Of a stretch of DNA of 64,000 bases, positions 26,418-46,565 are shown in pieces. The notes beneath the pieces were generated by a model, which did not search any database, had not been told where the DNA came from, and saw only the letters and a list, made by a program, of their open reading frames with translations. Each line of letters starts with the position of its first letter. The first letter of the stretch is position 1. Both the position numbers and the translations under genes were made by a program. Source of the stretch: Trichoplax adhaerens (lineage: Eukaryota; Animalia; Placozoa); contig NW_002060952.1 of assembly GCF_000150275.1 (NCBI RefSeq), positions 22,482-86,481 of the forward strand, given 5' to 3'.

Positions 26418-28868
26418 TTAGATGTTGAAAGAGTTCAAAGTGATCATTTTGCCAATTATCCAATAAGTTCTCATATTTCCTATTCCCTATATGTATTCAA
26501 GATAGTAAAATATCACTGTTAGCCAATTAAAATTGATAATAAAAATTTGTCCTATTACAATGATGAATTGAATCCTCGATTATGAACAGTGCCCACACTA
26601 TTCATATCTGTTAAAACTACAATCGTACAAAATCCACCTTTTCTAATACTTTCTCATGATACAACGGTTTTAGCGATATTTGCTTAAATATTATACCTTG
26701 ATATTCACTTCTCCTCTTTCTATCAGTCGATATTGATAAGTTTGCACCAATTTTCGATAGGTCGCTTCGCTGCAATGTATTTTTGATGCTAATATATAAC
26801 CGAGTTGATAGGATATTAATACAAATAATAATGCTAGCAACTTTTGAAAATGATTTAATTGTCCCAGCTCATCGATTTTGAGCTTTAATGATTGATATAG
26901 AATTTAATTGCATTCATCTTTATGCCTGATTATATATATTAGTTATATTATATCTAATTTTGACTAATCAAGCATAATTCCAAGTCTTATGATACCTTCT
27001 CCGCTTGATTCCATTCTTGATGCTATATTTACAGCATCACCAAATAAACAATATCGAGGCATTTTTCTACCGATTACTCCAGCTGCACAAGATCCTGTAA
27101 ATTCATGGATAAACGAAAATTACGTTCAGTTCCGCAGTTTCATAGAGGCGATACTAATTAATTTTAGGATTTTATGCTAGAAAAAGTTTGAAACTAGTTT
27201 AATAAGCTCTATACCAGAATGGATCCCAGCTCGTAACTGAATTTGAGTATTTGGGTTTTGAGGCAGTTTTACTTTTTTGATCGAGTTTAACATATCTAAT
27301 GCCATTTCGGTAATTTCCACAGCATGACGATCATCCGGTAATTTTTTCGGCAAGCCTGACACTACCATATAAGCATCACCAATAGTTTCAACTTTATAGA
27401 CTTCATGTTTATCAGTTTGGACATCAAACAACAAGTAGATATTATTCAACATGTCAACTATATCCATAGCTGAACACTGATGGCAAATTTGCTCAAAGCC
27501 AACAATATCGCTGAAATAGATTGTAACGTTATCGTATTTTTCAGCTACTATATCTTGACCTCGTTTTAATCGTTCAGCAATCGATTTTGGTAACATTTCA
27601 CATAAGAGTGCGTCTGTTTTAATCTTTTCGCGTTTCAATTTTTTAGTTTTGGTGGCTAAATTGACTGCATAAGTTTGAATGCTTTTCGTTAATTTAACGG
27701 TTAGGAAGATCAAGACTGGACAAATAAATAAAACACTCATTAGTAGAATGAGTGAAAGTATAAAATTTTGGGCTGCAACTTCGCTAATTTTTGTTGATTG
27801 AGATTGGATATATAGGGCCGTTCTATCTTGAATGATTTTCAGTTGATTAATATAGGCAGACATGTATGCAAACCAATCGTTAGCCTGTTCAATGGATGGC
27901 TTATGAGGGATATTTTCGGTTATAATACTGCGTAACGACTGCAAACGTTGATTGATACTCGCATTAGAGACCGTTTCATTAAAATGAAGAGCAATATAAT
28001 TGGAATACTGAACAGCTGAAGTTAAGCTCATATTACCAAGTTGTAATTTAGCGTAATAAAGTAACGCCTCCCGATAGCTTAAGTTCGTTCGTAAGAAATA
28101 GATACTACCAACAGCTCTTTCAAAGCCGGTCTCTTCTTTGCCCTTTAATAGCATTTGATAAGCAACTAATACATTCCACAAACTGTCTGTCTGCACATTG
28201 CGGATACCAGTGGAAATCCAACCCAATAAATGACTATTAATATTAGAATAAAAAATTAATTCATTCATAGCGGTAGTATTGGCAATATCGACCACTTTGT
28301 CACGATGATAATTTAAATATTCATAGATGGCACTACGATTGGCTAAATAAGATGCTTTTTCGTTTAAACTATGCAATTCTACTGTTGGCCATGGTTGAAT
28401 CTTGTCTATTGCTCTGTTTGTTTCTAATCTTTCTTGAATCAATGACTTAAACATATTTCTATCATAATTACTACTAACATATAAGACAGTTTGACCCCGT
28501 TCAATCTGTAAACGGTGAATAAGATCACCCAATTGAATGCTCGAAGAAATCTCCTTCTTAACTTGATTAGCCTGATTCTGCTGAAATGTGTTGTTGACCA
28601 AGCTGGAAACTGTTATAGCAGCCAAGCCAATACAAGGAATTAAAATTAATACTGTCATCTTAATTGATTGGATCCGTTTTTGAAGAGCACGAAGTGAACG
28701 CCTATCTATATAATTGCCTAATCGTCTGATACCCTCGGTTTCTTGACTATCACTACTATTATCATCGTCTTCGTCTCCATGAAAATCTTTGTACAAACTG
28801 GAAGCAATATGGCTTTTCAGCCGCATTTGAGTATTCAATCGTAATCTTCCGTCACCTGAATTCACCAT
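26418..28868 (-). CDS. NIT-domain two-TM receptor guanylyl cyclase (NIT-GC), paralogue 3
   Basis: complement(join(26418..26486,26697..26788,26996..27094,27215..28868)). Motifs [81 protein letters not shown]; ends [16 protein letters not shown]. Confidence 0.93.
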
Positions 28869-31800
28869 TATGAAAATGGATGCCCTCGGATGATAGATAA
28901 TTTTGGCATATACAATATCCTATTAAATTCGTAACATACAGTTAAATTAATGTTGCTGCTTACTCGAATAAAATGAGTATATTAACACGTTGTATTTTTA
29001 GTAATGTTAAAAGGCTAAGTTGATAATATCCTAACTAGTGGAAGTAATGAAGTATTCACATCTCTCTAAGTTGAAGATAAGGCTACTAGTATCAATCGCA
29101 ACTCTGGTTACTTCTTAAAATGGATAGCACATAATCAAAAATCGATCTTATTAGAAAGATAAATGAATGTCATTAGTTGAATATCTCTGAAAGCGATATT
29201 AATGGTCTATTTAAAAATGGAACAGAGATAAAGCAGATTAAAAAATGCAATTGGTAGTGGTCGTTCTAAGAATATTCAATCTTAAATGTTGTAAACCACT
29301 GAGATACTTCTCATCAATGCATTACATAAATCCTTCAGAGCAGTTTAAACTCAAGTCAATTTTCTGTTATATGATAGAATCAATTTCGCTTCAATCATTT
29401 CTGTCATGTCGATAGAAAATAACGATTAGCTCATTTATTAGAGTTATTAAACTAGTATTAGGCTCCCATTTCTGCTTAAACTGAAATAGGATACACGCTA
29501 TGGCGCAATTTCTTAACCATTTCAAGGTAAATTAAAGACGGTACTTAAACGATAACCACGCTACTAGATAATTCTTAATAAATAATTATTATTTAGATTC
29601 TAAAGAAGTAAACTAATATTCCTTCCGTCCTTCGAGGGGGTGGGGGTATTTGTGTGATATGTACGACATTATTACTTGCCAGTTAATTCATATACTTAGC
29701 ATTAGAAAGCAATAAATAACATGTCCAAACTGATTTATGAGTGTATTCTTTCACTTATAGATGGACCAATTCTAATTCAACTTCAAGCTAATAGTTTTAG
29801 AGATTGTTACGAACGATTCAAGAATTTAATAATAATGTAGCATAAAATACTTAATTGAAAATTTAGACTCTTGATCGTGATATTCTTTCTAGTCAAACAC
29901 TTGAAATTATTATCAATGATATCCTGAGAAATATCATGTAACTGATTTAAGAAAAATATCAATAAGGGCTTGTCTTTCTGATTCTCCAGAAGTAATTCCC
30001 AGCGTAAATGAAGATATAAACAAGAGCACCTTATGTACATATAGAACATAAATCGGCTCAAAAAATACTGTATTAGAAACTATTAATTTGGTACCGACAA
30101 TATTGCGTGTTCATTACATGGAAAGTTGTTAATGATACTAGTGTAAATAAATTCCATTATACACTAAGGGATAGTTGTACATGTTGTTGATATCAACATA
30201 GAGATATATATTTACTGTGTCATCTTCATTCCCTCAAGAATTCTAATATTGATCACGCCGAACTTTAGAAAATCTTACTTAAAATAAATCATTTCTATGA
30301 ACAATTTGGACTTAATACAAATATCTGGACAAGGTAATACAGTCTCATTTGCTATTGATTTTTACATACTAATACACTGCAACATTATAACAAGAAATTG
30401 ATGTAGACTGCATTTTTCATTTAAAATTTGTTTTTAACTAATAAATTAAAGAAATTTTAAATTCAAGACTATAAGGCAATATAAAATTTTCATCCATATC
30501 ATAGGCACAGTATTCGAACTGAAAGTATTACTCTATATGTGTAATATAATACATAAAAATTAAATTTAGACATATCGTCAATATATAAACAACTTCAATA
30601 AATTGATTGATTCAATTTTAGGCTAGTAAATTTATTAAAACCAAAAATTTTGAACGTACTTTTTCCTCGCTGAGTAAAATTTTACCGCAACAAAATCGTT
30701 CTGGCAGGAATATTAATCGTCTGTGATTCCTGTAAGCTAAAACAACAAAAAATAAGGATTTAGAATTATTTTTTTAGGTAAGTCCTGTCAATGCTAAATA
30801 GATCGAATGACTGCGTGTTATAATGTTATTAATGTGGCATTCAATAAGTTTATAATCGTGAAAAGTATTTTGGTCAGTAAATTCGAATAATTTCACCCAG
30901 GTATCAGATCCAAATTTCATATCGTTTCAAAAAATGAAGTTGCTTACTTGGATAAATAGCAGGAGTAACGAATACGAGTATTGGACGCTAATTTGCTTTG
31001 TGTAGTAATGAAAAAAAACGAAAGACCAAACGGCTTATACGACAAAGTAAAAGGACTTCTTAGTCAACTGTCGCCACTTTTCACTACATACCGCGACCCG
31101 TCTTATTGTAGGGCACCAAAGTAAGTCCTGATATGGCTATTACTTTTAATAATTGTTGTGAAAAGAAACAATAATACATTAGAAATTTGATCTCTCGGAA
31201 GAATACAATAGCCAAAATTATCTGCATGAACTAATGGTTGGAAATGCTTCCTTCGCATTTTTCCATTGTACTAATTAGCAATCTAATTTTTTTCTATTTA
31301 TAGCTTTGGTTGATATTATAAATTCTGACTCCTGCAGTTAAATAATTGTCTGTATAGCTATAAAATCAAACAAATGATTTATTTTTGCTTAATCCTTATA
31401 GAAAATATAACGAAAATAGCGCTGATAAGATAGAAAATTACCTTTATTATAATATACTACTTAACATCTTTAACTTCCTTTAATTAATTTTAAAACTTAG
31501 AAAGAATTATTTTAAATTGGTCTATTGCATTTCAGTATTCAAAGCAGAATGTTAATAAAATTTTAATAGAAGATATCATACGGAAATATTTGATAGTATT
31601 TGACTGAGCAGTAGCAATTTCCGATTATCTTAATCATAATATCCAAACTTTTTAGAAAGATGCAATTCTCTCCATATAATAAACTAAAATTCTTGAAAAA
31701 TCAAAGTATACGTAATTCATTTTACAGCAATATTATTTCTTAACTTTCGATAAAGGTAAATAGTAAATTTCCAATAATTTTAATTATTTCTATAGAATAA

Positions 31801-34800
31801 GCCAGCTATTTACAATTATTAACAAAGACAACTGACCCCATCTCAATGTAAGATTAATGACCTACACAAGACCTTTTTAACTTGATAATAAAATCTTTTC
31901 ATTAGAATAAAGTGAAGCAAAGCAAGTGCCCTTTATGCTATTAAAGCAAACTTATTTCATTCTAGCAGGCTAATCATTCCTGTCTTTATCAACAGATCCC
32001 ATTTATTGACAACAATATCTCATTGCAGAAAATAAATCATTACCGATGACAATAAATGTTAATAATAAAATTTATAGATAACACTTGTCAAGGTGTAATT
32101 TCTGTTCAGAATATCTATACCGATGCAAATTTTAAAGTAATCAGCAAAAAAATAGGTATTGTTTCTAGCTATAACATTACGTTAATTAAAATTTCTAAGT
32201 GATAAACATCTATCTTTTACCAAGACTACCTTACTTTGTTTATATTTCAACTTATATTTTAAACATTATTCACTTACATTCATCATTGCCTGGCTTAATT
32301 TATACATTTGTTCTATAGACAGCAGAATAAATTCTAGTTCCTCCGTAAAGTATACGGTATTGAGTAAAAATAGTAGGCAATTATTGAACTGTTCATGTAT
32401 AATTTATAATTGCATTGTCACCAATTTTAGCCTAAGCTAGGGTTGTTATGATCTATATGGCGAAGAGATTTCATTCAAAGCCTATACTAAATTATTTCTT
32501 AACTCTGGTCTTTAAGTTCAGCAAAATCATCACGTACTGTGTTGCTAACTTAAATAAATAATTTCCGTCAATGATCTCCCTTGATCTGTAAATAAACTTC
32601 CTTATATTTTAGCCGCTACTATTGGGTGATTTGTGTATTCGTAAATAAAAGTTATGAGATTTCTTAAATATCTGTTCGTAAAAAATCATATCTGCCATTA
32701 TTAGCGCTTTTTAAAGCACAACATGTGTAATATTTGCGTCTACTATACGAAAGATCCATTAGTTAGAACTTTAAAATGGAATATCGTGAATTCCTAGAAT
32801 AATTTAACAGTTAAAATAAGTGCATATGGTGCCGTATTATATCAATTTTTTTCGTTAAAATTTTTTCGGTGTCAAGTTGTTAGGCTGCATTTCTGGACAA
32901 AGAGTTGAAAGATTAATAAAATAGGAATATAAAAAATTATAGACTAGATATAGGAAAACATATTGCTTATGTATGCGAATTGATAACTTTAATCAAATTC
33001 TGGATAGCATTGATAGGAAACATCAACAACCATAATTTAATACCGTATGCTACGTCGAATGGTTACCTCATACACTGTCTTATTGGTGCGGATTCTGTTT
33101 TTTAATGAAAGATATTTTATTCTATAATGTATAAAAAAGTAGAAAATAATTTGTATTTTGGATGTTACTAAAAAAAATAACATCGATATTCGAATGAATG
33201 TATTTCATAATTAATTATAATTAAATAAGACATCGGTAATCTATTGCTGTTAAATGTGTTATCCATTATAGCTTTAATGGAGACATTTAAGTCACCCTAC
33301 TAATGATGGATACATTTAATTCTTTATTGAAGTGAAAAGACAAGAATTAATTGCTTAGTAATAACGATTATTCTCATTTTCTACAATATCTTACCTTATG
33401 CTATTTTAAAAGAATAATTATACTCGCATAGCCTAGCCAAAGAAACATGGAGCTTGCAATCTTTATTAACTAATAGTAAGTAACGCTAGCGGTTACCATA
33501 TTTTAATACAATATTTATTTAATTTTGTACTCGTAAATTTTATATTTCTTAAGTTACTCAGGTAAAATTCTAAAGATATTCTAAAATCAAAAAGCTTATA
33601 AAAGCATTCTCAAAGGAAAAAATAACTTCATATGATTACTATTGCTACTAATTATCTTTCCATTTAACTTTATTAGTAAACTTTCGTTAACGTTGTAAAT
33701 TAATAACTACTATAAATAATTCGGCGGATATAAACAGTAAAGGCATCACATTATACTAAATTGAAGTTGTAATCAAAAAGTGTGAAATTTTCAATTAAGA
33801 AAGAACGGTACTAGTACTTCGGTGTAATTATCAATTCTGTCATTAAGTGAAATGCCAACATTTATTGCTCAACGAGCTTTATCCTGGTCGTAACGGCGTA
33901 AAAATAGGAACTTATCTGCTATCAATAATATTACTATTTATGTTCCTCCTAGTACAGACCTCTAATTACAGTATTGAAAATGATAATATTGAGAGGAAAT
34001 TGGCATTATATTCAATATAAAGAATATATCGGAGGCATATCTCATTGACGTATTCTTTACACAATTGTAAAGTCCTAAATTCATTACGTCAAGCAATGTT
34101 ATTACTAGCTATTAGAAAGATTAATTGTCACTAAGCGTAAATCTAAATTTCGTTATTTCAGTCCAGAGAGGAGCAAATCATAACTCTGAATGTACTAAGA
34201 TGTTGACGATAGCATCAGATGAACGATAAATTAGCAATAACTCAAATATTATCAATTGTTCCTCTGTTAGGATCGAATTATTACGCGATTACTAACGGAA
34301 GAGACAGAGGCTTTATTAGAAATTAAATTAGCAAGATTTGTCGGTATCCTATTCTAACATTCAGTAGTGTTATTTTCTATCTATGCTCTAAAATGATCGT
34401 ACCGTAATTGAAATAGACAACAAGTATAAAACTTACACTATTATATATTACAACAATTGCAATTATTCTGAAATGTAGACTAGCGGAAATAGCACTCTTC
34501 AGTAATTTTTGCCTGAAATAAAAGAAAACCTATTATAAGTATAGGTGATTTGCAAGATTATCGTCTAATTTTTAATTTGTATAACATCGTAAACTGTGTA
34601 TAAGCCACGATTGCATGAGAAAGAGTAATATATTTTCTAGCTTAGGTTCCATCAATTGTAAATATCTGCCAGTATTGGTCGCAAACAAAATATGAGATCA
34701 TAATGAAGTTAGCATTTTGTACTTATGCGTTCATTCTAATGATAAGCACAACACGGCAAAGTTATAAGCGACCGTTAATTCTATTAGTTAGAGTATAGAA

Positions 34801-36863
34801 AGAACAGCACCATTTTTTTTATCATAGTTTATAGCCTCCGTAATTCTAATCTATACATAAATGATGCATGCATTAATTATTAGGGCGATTTATTGTTTTC
34901 ATTATAATATAATTGTTGTTTGACTTTTTCTTTATCCAATTATAAGTTGTTGTTATTTTTATTTATTTATTTATCTTAAAAATAGCAGCAGCTTTGATTC
35001 GACTTCTCAAGAAGCTTCAGTGATTCAACTATATAATTGCCGCTAAAATTCCTATCTAATTACTTTCATGCAGGTAATTGACGAGTAACACTGATCTTAT
35101 CCAATCTACATTTTACCTTATCATATTGCTTCTTGTTGTAACGGTATATTTTTTATTTGTGATCTCCTACCATAGCAATAATATCTACCTTTTCAAATTA
35201 CCGTTTATCCATGGTTAATTGAGTGAAACTAAAAGTTCTATGGGTGAACTATAACAGCATAAATTTTTCAGTATAAAAATTTATAAAATTTTTATGCAAA
35301 TTATCTATTAATTTATAGATAAAATCAAAATCTATTTCCATAATTTGTAATCAGTAAATGCCAGACGCTTATTTCAAAAGACTCCTTACATCTATCATTC
35401 ATAAATATTTTACTGTATTAAAATTTATTTCTAGTATTTCAAAGTTAACATAAAATCTATATATATTGGCAATATAGCAGCACACTTCACACTTTTTACA
35501 TATTATACGGTTTCATTATACAGATACATAGAAATTCAACCAAATAAACAGATAACTCAGATAAGTTTGGTTAATCTTACTGAATACAAATACATTGGCT
35601 TAATGAAATTGCAGCTCTAAACTTTTTTAAATCTCATTTGAGACTTGAAATGAAGTAGCAAGCGATCACTACCAGACTTAATATATATATGAAGTAGAGA
35701 AACACAACCTTGTTCATGAAAGTATCACAATTGTCTCATCTGGAAGTTTAAGCACATTCGCGGTACCGTATGTATTTTAACTCACTCCGCAAGTAATGCG
35801 GTATCGTTTACTGCATTAGCTTACAATATCTACAGGACACGGACATAAATAAATCTTATCTAGTCACGAAATCATAGTGATAATGAATTATGCGAAATGT
35901 AGGTATTAATCCACTGTATATTAGAGGCTTTTGCATGGTCGTTATAGTATATGCCGTAACATACAATGAGACTCCAATAAACTATCAAAAATGGTGTTAA
36001 CTACGTTATATAAATTATCTACCATCAGACTTACGAATGATGACTATGTACCGTAAATCATTTCAATTCTACGTTCTTAGTCAGTCATAATTTGTACAAA
36101 GATAATAATTTCAGGTGTGATAGATATTACAAACGAGAACAGTGATTGCGATATCTTAAAATAGGGGTCTAATTACAGTGTTAGTGATAGTGTTACTACA
36201 ACATATTTTACTGTACAATATATATATGTTACAGTCATTTAAGACGTTCTTTGGAATGACCATAACACATCCGCTTTTTAAGCTATCCGTAAAACGAAAG
36301 AAAGATGAAATAATGAAAAAGGCAATATCTGTAGACTGATAACAGCCACCCATGCATAAGATGAAGATACCGCAAGTTACTACTGATACCAGCTATTATA
36401 ATTTCGCTCTATACTGATAAGAGGATTGAGCCTTTAGTAACGAGTTAAATATTTAATATTGTTATTACAGTGTGCAGTGCACTATAATCATTTAATGAAA
36501 TGGTTAGTAGTCAACTCAGTTGGTATCTACGCCTTTGCCTAAGTAAAAAGTATAGGAATGGGCGTTCGAGTAACTATGAAAAAGTTTATACAGCCATACA
36601 AATTATACGAATGATATCTGTACAGCATAAAATCTTTGTATTGCAGACTACCGGCATGTTAATTCTTCTAAAGTTACTTAATTGATAGCAATAAAAATTA
36701 ATATAATCAAGAATTCAGTTTGTTAACACATTTAGAACATAAATTGAAGAGATAATAGAAATTCAAACTTAAATTGGTAGCTACTTTCGGAACATCAGCA
36801 TCCAGTCGCGTTGTAATTTAGCTTTATGCCCGATAGAAACACGTATTAGCAACATTTTATTCA

Positions 36864-41749
<4,886 letters not shown>

Positions 41750-44682
41750 TTTATTTTCCTTAATCTAGAAATCAGTAAAAAAAAAAGACTTGATGGTTAG
41801 TCGAGCTTTACTAACTCTAGCAGTCTTCAAAGCTAGCAGTTACTAATAAAATCAATTTTTTAGCCGTTAAAGAAGTTGCAATATTGCATTAATAACTTTA
41901 TATGATAATTAATACTTTAATGGAGATTGAAATTGAAATGAATTTTATTTTTCTGTTTTAGGCTAAAAATTGTAGTACCGAAAATATTAGATGACATTGA
42001 TCACGAAATTATTGAAAGATCTTAAAAGCTAATAATTGGTGAAATTTTTTCCGCTTTATCGGACAAGATACTGAAATAAATTGAAGAATAAGTAATGTAT
42101 GTATTAAAATATATCAGTATGGTCACATAGATAATATAGTGTAAATTTAACTGATAATTACGGTAAAAATAAGTTAAAATATCAACAATAGCCTACCTCT
42201 CTTTTCATGAAACACGGATGACGTGATCTTTTCAATTTTTGCTCATAAAACAAACAATTTCAATATTGATGGATATCGTCCCTTGATTGATAAAACGCCA
42301 TAATCCTCGATTTATGAAATATTTTATAGTCACTTGTCATTGATTGATTATTATCCCATTTTAGACATTCGATTTTTTACAACGCCTAACAAAATAGTAC
42401 TTATGTATATAGGTAAGCAAATTAACTTAGAAATTTTCTTGTTTCAGAGAAATCAAGCGACGATACCAATATAAAAAAATACATTAGTTTTCCTATAAAA
42501 AAATCGATAGAATCAACGATTTAAGATACTCACTAAATAATGTGATGGTCAGTGATATTGAACTATTACTATATCGTGTTGTATACGTTAGTCTTAAATT
42601 TCAATGTATTGTAAATAGCATATTGATGAATTCCTTTGACTGGTTTCAATTTAATATTATAGGAATACAATATCATGGAAACTAATTAATTAGAGTACAA
42701 TAAGTTGGTCTTGGGCATACTGATGCTTATTTAGACGATAATATTCTTTGTTAGTTGATATCAATAACTATGTACATATAAACATTTCTTTGTTGCTACC
42801 CTACTAAATATACCTACTATGAAATATTTTCTTCTGTCTGTGACTGATATCTGATATTACAACTTTGGATAAATGCTAATCTACTTGTAACGAAGGTGTT
42901 TGAAGTGAATCTGGTAACAATGTCACCACTGTCCTTGATGACGCTAAACTTAAATATTTTATATGAATATGTCTCCATTTTATTCTAAAGAAACGAATTA
43001 ATAGCATTAAATTTAACGATTGAAAGATTCTTTCTTCTCATACTGATAATCGAATTGCGATAACGTTTTATTTTGGAAAGATTTTATCATTTGCAGATAG
43101 TTTACTATTTGCTTCATATGATCATATATACTTACAGTATGATTGGCAAAATACGCCATTTATAAGCTTTCTTCGTATCGGTCCATTGCGCCAGATGTGA
43201 GTTGAAACTAATAGGAATAAAAATGGGCACACTACTTAGAGCTATGTTGCTATTATTTACGTATAATTTCGTATATCGTTGGTATGATGATTTTGATCAC
43301 TATTAAACGCGCATACCTAATTATACGCGTATATTTGTATATTATCATCAAGGGTATTGAAATTCAAATGATCTGTAACTATTTAAGTATAAAAGACAAC
43401 TTGATATAGTACTACTTCAATATAGCCGAACTAACACTGGGAAATGTTTTTTACGCCATACCAACTTTTTACAATAAATCATATCTTCCATTTTTTAATA
43501 ATTGAAATGTCCATATCATAACTACTAGAACGGAGGTTAAGCTTAATTGATAGAAATTTAAAATGTTTTTCATTTAACATATTTATTTACTTTACTCTTC
43601 AATTTCTAATAATAAATTTATGTCATACAGGCCTACGCAGATGATGTGCCATGATCATACTACGTATAATCATGGATTCTCTTTGTGTCAATACTGTATA
43701 GCTATGAATTTATTTTACAACTTATAACAACCAACAAATTCTAAATTTTAAAATACAAAGGTGAAAGGAAAATTTCAGTATTACTTCCTTTTTGATTGTA
43801 TAATTCAACTATCAGCGTGGATTACAGTACGCGTCTATTCTATTCTGCATGAATAGCAGGTGCATCGATTGTGGTCTGACAATAAAGACGTTTGCCATAT
43901 TTGTTATCCTCTTTTATCCAGAAAATAATCTCAATTTTACGTGCAATGAACACCAAATCATGAAGCTTATCAAACGTTCTCTCGTCAGTTGGATCATACG
44001 CTACGCGTATCTTTGATCTAATCTGCGGTGTTTAACTATTGGCAGGTCTAATGCATAACTGTGCTGATTTCCTATCAGTCAAACTCGAGATACTTTCCAC
44101 CGCAATGAGCATAATAAGATACGTGTCCGTTGCACTTTATTCGAGTTCTCTGCAATTGTAAAACAGATGACGTAATTTATTCAATTTTAAATTTTCTGCC
44201 ACCTCCATCTGACCGATATGCCACTAGACAGCAATCTGTGACCAACAGTGACTGATAATTATAATTAATTGATGAATTAGTACTAATGTCAGTTTCTGGC
44301 CAAGCACGATAACTCAAGTCGACTTTGTTATGAAGGACTGTGATACTGCCAGACATTGAATACAAGTCTCACCATACTGTAGACGTGTATTAACTGAGAT
44401 GGCATGTATACACGTAAATTAAGGTACAACGAAAACATCATTCGATTTGAATAGTAACTCTTCTGTCCGTACTAATAATAATTATTAATGTTGTGAAGCA
44501 TAGATTTGTCTAGGCCGCTGGTTTTGCATCAAGTGCGAGAGTCGAAGATGAACTACTGCAGAAGAAGGTGTCTTCCTTCAATACCATTATTACAGTACTA
44601 TACATTGTATACGTATACACTGTACACTGTAGCCTATGCCATGTTATGGTCACAAGCTGTACAGTACAGTACAGTACTGTAC

Positions 44683-45607
44683 AGTCACGGACTAAGAAGA
44701 CCTGGACTGATCACTCTTGGACAGACAGACACTTTTGGTCTCATTGCCTCCGGATATTGTACCAAACAACTGGTTTTGACAGTACCTTAGTAGGGAGACA
44801 ATCGATTTTAAATTAAGTGACTTTTTCTAAATTAAGTAATATTACATTCAATCTTATTATCTGTTACTAAGTTCTGCTTGGGAACAGTTATATAAGTTAT
44901 ATAAAATCGTCGATGTGATTTAAATTAGTACCTGCCTCATTTGGTAAGAAAAGTCCGTCTGTCCGAAGGAGAGATCAGTCCAGTCCATGGTACAGTATTG
45001 TAAAATCTGGCGCCGAACCCCCCCAAAAAGAGACTGGTACTGTACTGTACAGTACAGAGTGGACGGGCTAATTTCTATGATTTTGGTGCAAACAGATGGA
45101 TTAAATTTTTTTTTTTTGGACAAATTTTATATCAGTCTATAGAAAAAGAGTTCATTTACACGAATCTGTCATCAAAATTTACGTACGACGTTTACTTTCA
45201 TCGTAATTATTAATTAAAGTACGCGAGACGCTACAGTACAAAGTAAAAATGAAGGTTTTGTAATCATTTCGCCAAAATGCAGCACAGTGTATTGTGTCCA
45301 ACACTTCGGTATGACACTACTTCAGTATGCAGACCCTCGATTTTGAAATTGACTGATTTTTTCTCAATGAAGTAATATTACGCTCAATCTTATTATCTGT
45401 TACTGAGTTGGGATTAAGTTCCGCTTGGAGGCAGTTAGGTAAGATCGTCGATGTTATTAGAATTAGTACCAATGATTTAGAAAGCAGACACGGAAGATCC
45501 ATACTACAGTACAGTAAGTAGTCATTTTTCGATACTCATTTGGTAGGGAATGTCCGTCTGTCTGAAGGAGTTTTCAGTCCAGGTCATCTTCTAGTAGTCC
45601 CATGACA
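44683..45607. mobile_element. Composite foldback/MITE-like element with ~50-bp TIRs and an internal duplication
   Basis: Left TIR ~44683-44731 (agtcacggactaagaagacctggactgatcactcttggacagacagac) is the reverse complement of ~45552-45607 (gtccgtctgtctgaaggagttttcagtccaggtcatcttctagtagtcccatgac) and of ~44953-44985. Internal segment ~44803-44985 is duplicated at ~45338-45585; both share tcaatcttattatctgttact and atcgtcgatgt. Confidence 0.65.
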
Positions 45608-46565
45608 GTGGTCGAGTTTCATCAACCAATGGGAACTAGCGGGCCTAGCCTAGTGTACAATACTGTATAATGTACGCTCGACTACTGTACTGTACAGTAC
45701 AGTATACTGAAGTTTGAACTGGTTTGACAATGGCCTCGGACTTACATCAGTATGGACATGGATATGGAGGTGGTTTGCATCATGAGCGCTACACTCCACT
45801 TTGTAATTCTTCTTTTTCTAAACTAAATAAAGTCACATTTTTACATTAAGCAGTTTATTAGGACATGAATGTATTCCAATTGATAGCTGTGATTCAGAAA
45901 TCAGGCACAGAAGATCCATACTCACTGCAAGTACTGTCTGTAACTGTATTTCGACATTATCGGCCGTCAAGTCCGTCCGATATTCCCTGCCTCGGATCAG
46001 CCTCGTGTCTTTTGTCCAACTACAATATCGGTGTCAGAGTCAAACGTGTACCGTACAGTACCAGGGAGCTTGGAGAGAAATACTGTACACTGTACACTGT
46101 ACAGCGTTTTAAATTTCCTTTTGGATACTTTAATTTCAACTGGGAAAAAATACAACTACAACTGACGGGCTAATGCAGTAGTTTATACCGACATTGAGCA
46201 TCATCCTTAAGTGAACTGTACAGTATGTATAGAAATGGTAGTATAGATGACATTTCTTTTCTACTTTTCTTCCAATATCTTGTAGGAAAACAATATTGCT
46301 GTACAACACTACCACCAGAATAAAGGTTGGAAAGCTTTTAGCACCATGATGGACTGCAGACTCCAATCCAATTGGTATTTACTGTATTTAGTAGGCCATG
46401 CTACCTGTACTATACAACACTATACAGTACAGTAGACAGACTGTGCAGCGTACAGTCTGGTACAGTACAATACGTACTGTACTGAACGTGCCGAGTACTG
46501 TACAGTCAGTATTTTGAGTGTGCGCAGAGTCTCAACACGTGTCCTTTGCCGTTACGATCAAGAAA

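Noticed and set aside
43840-44365. Minus-strand fragments vaguely like a small GTPase (NKVDL, SYYAHCG, YDPTDERTF)
   Set aside because: Motifs are in the wrong order and in different frames with stops, and there is no P-loop or DxxG. A TBLASTN/BLASTX hit would be needed to call even a pseudogene.
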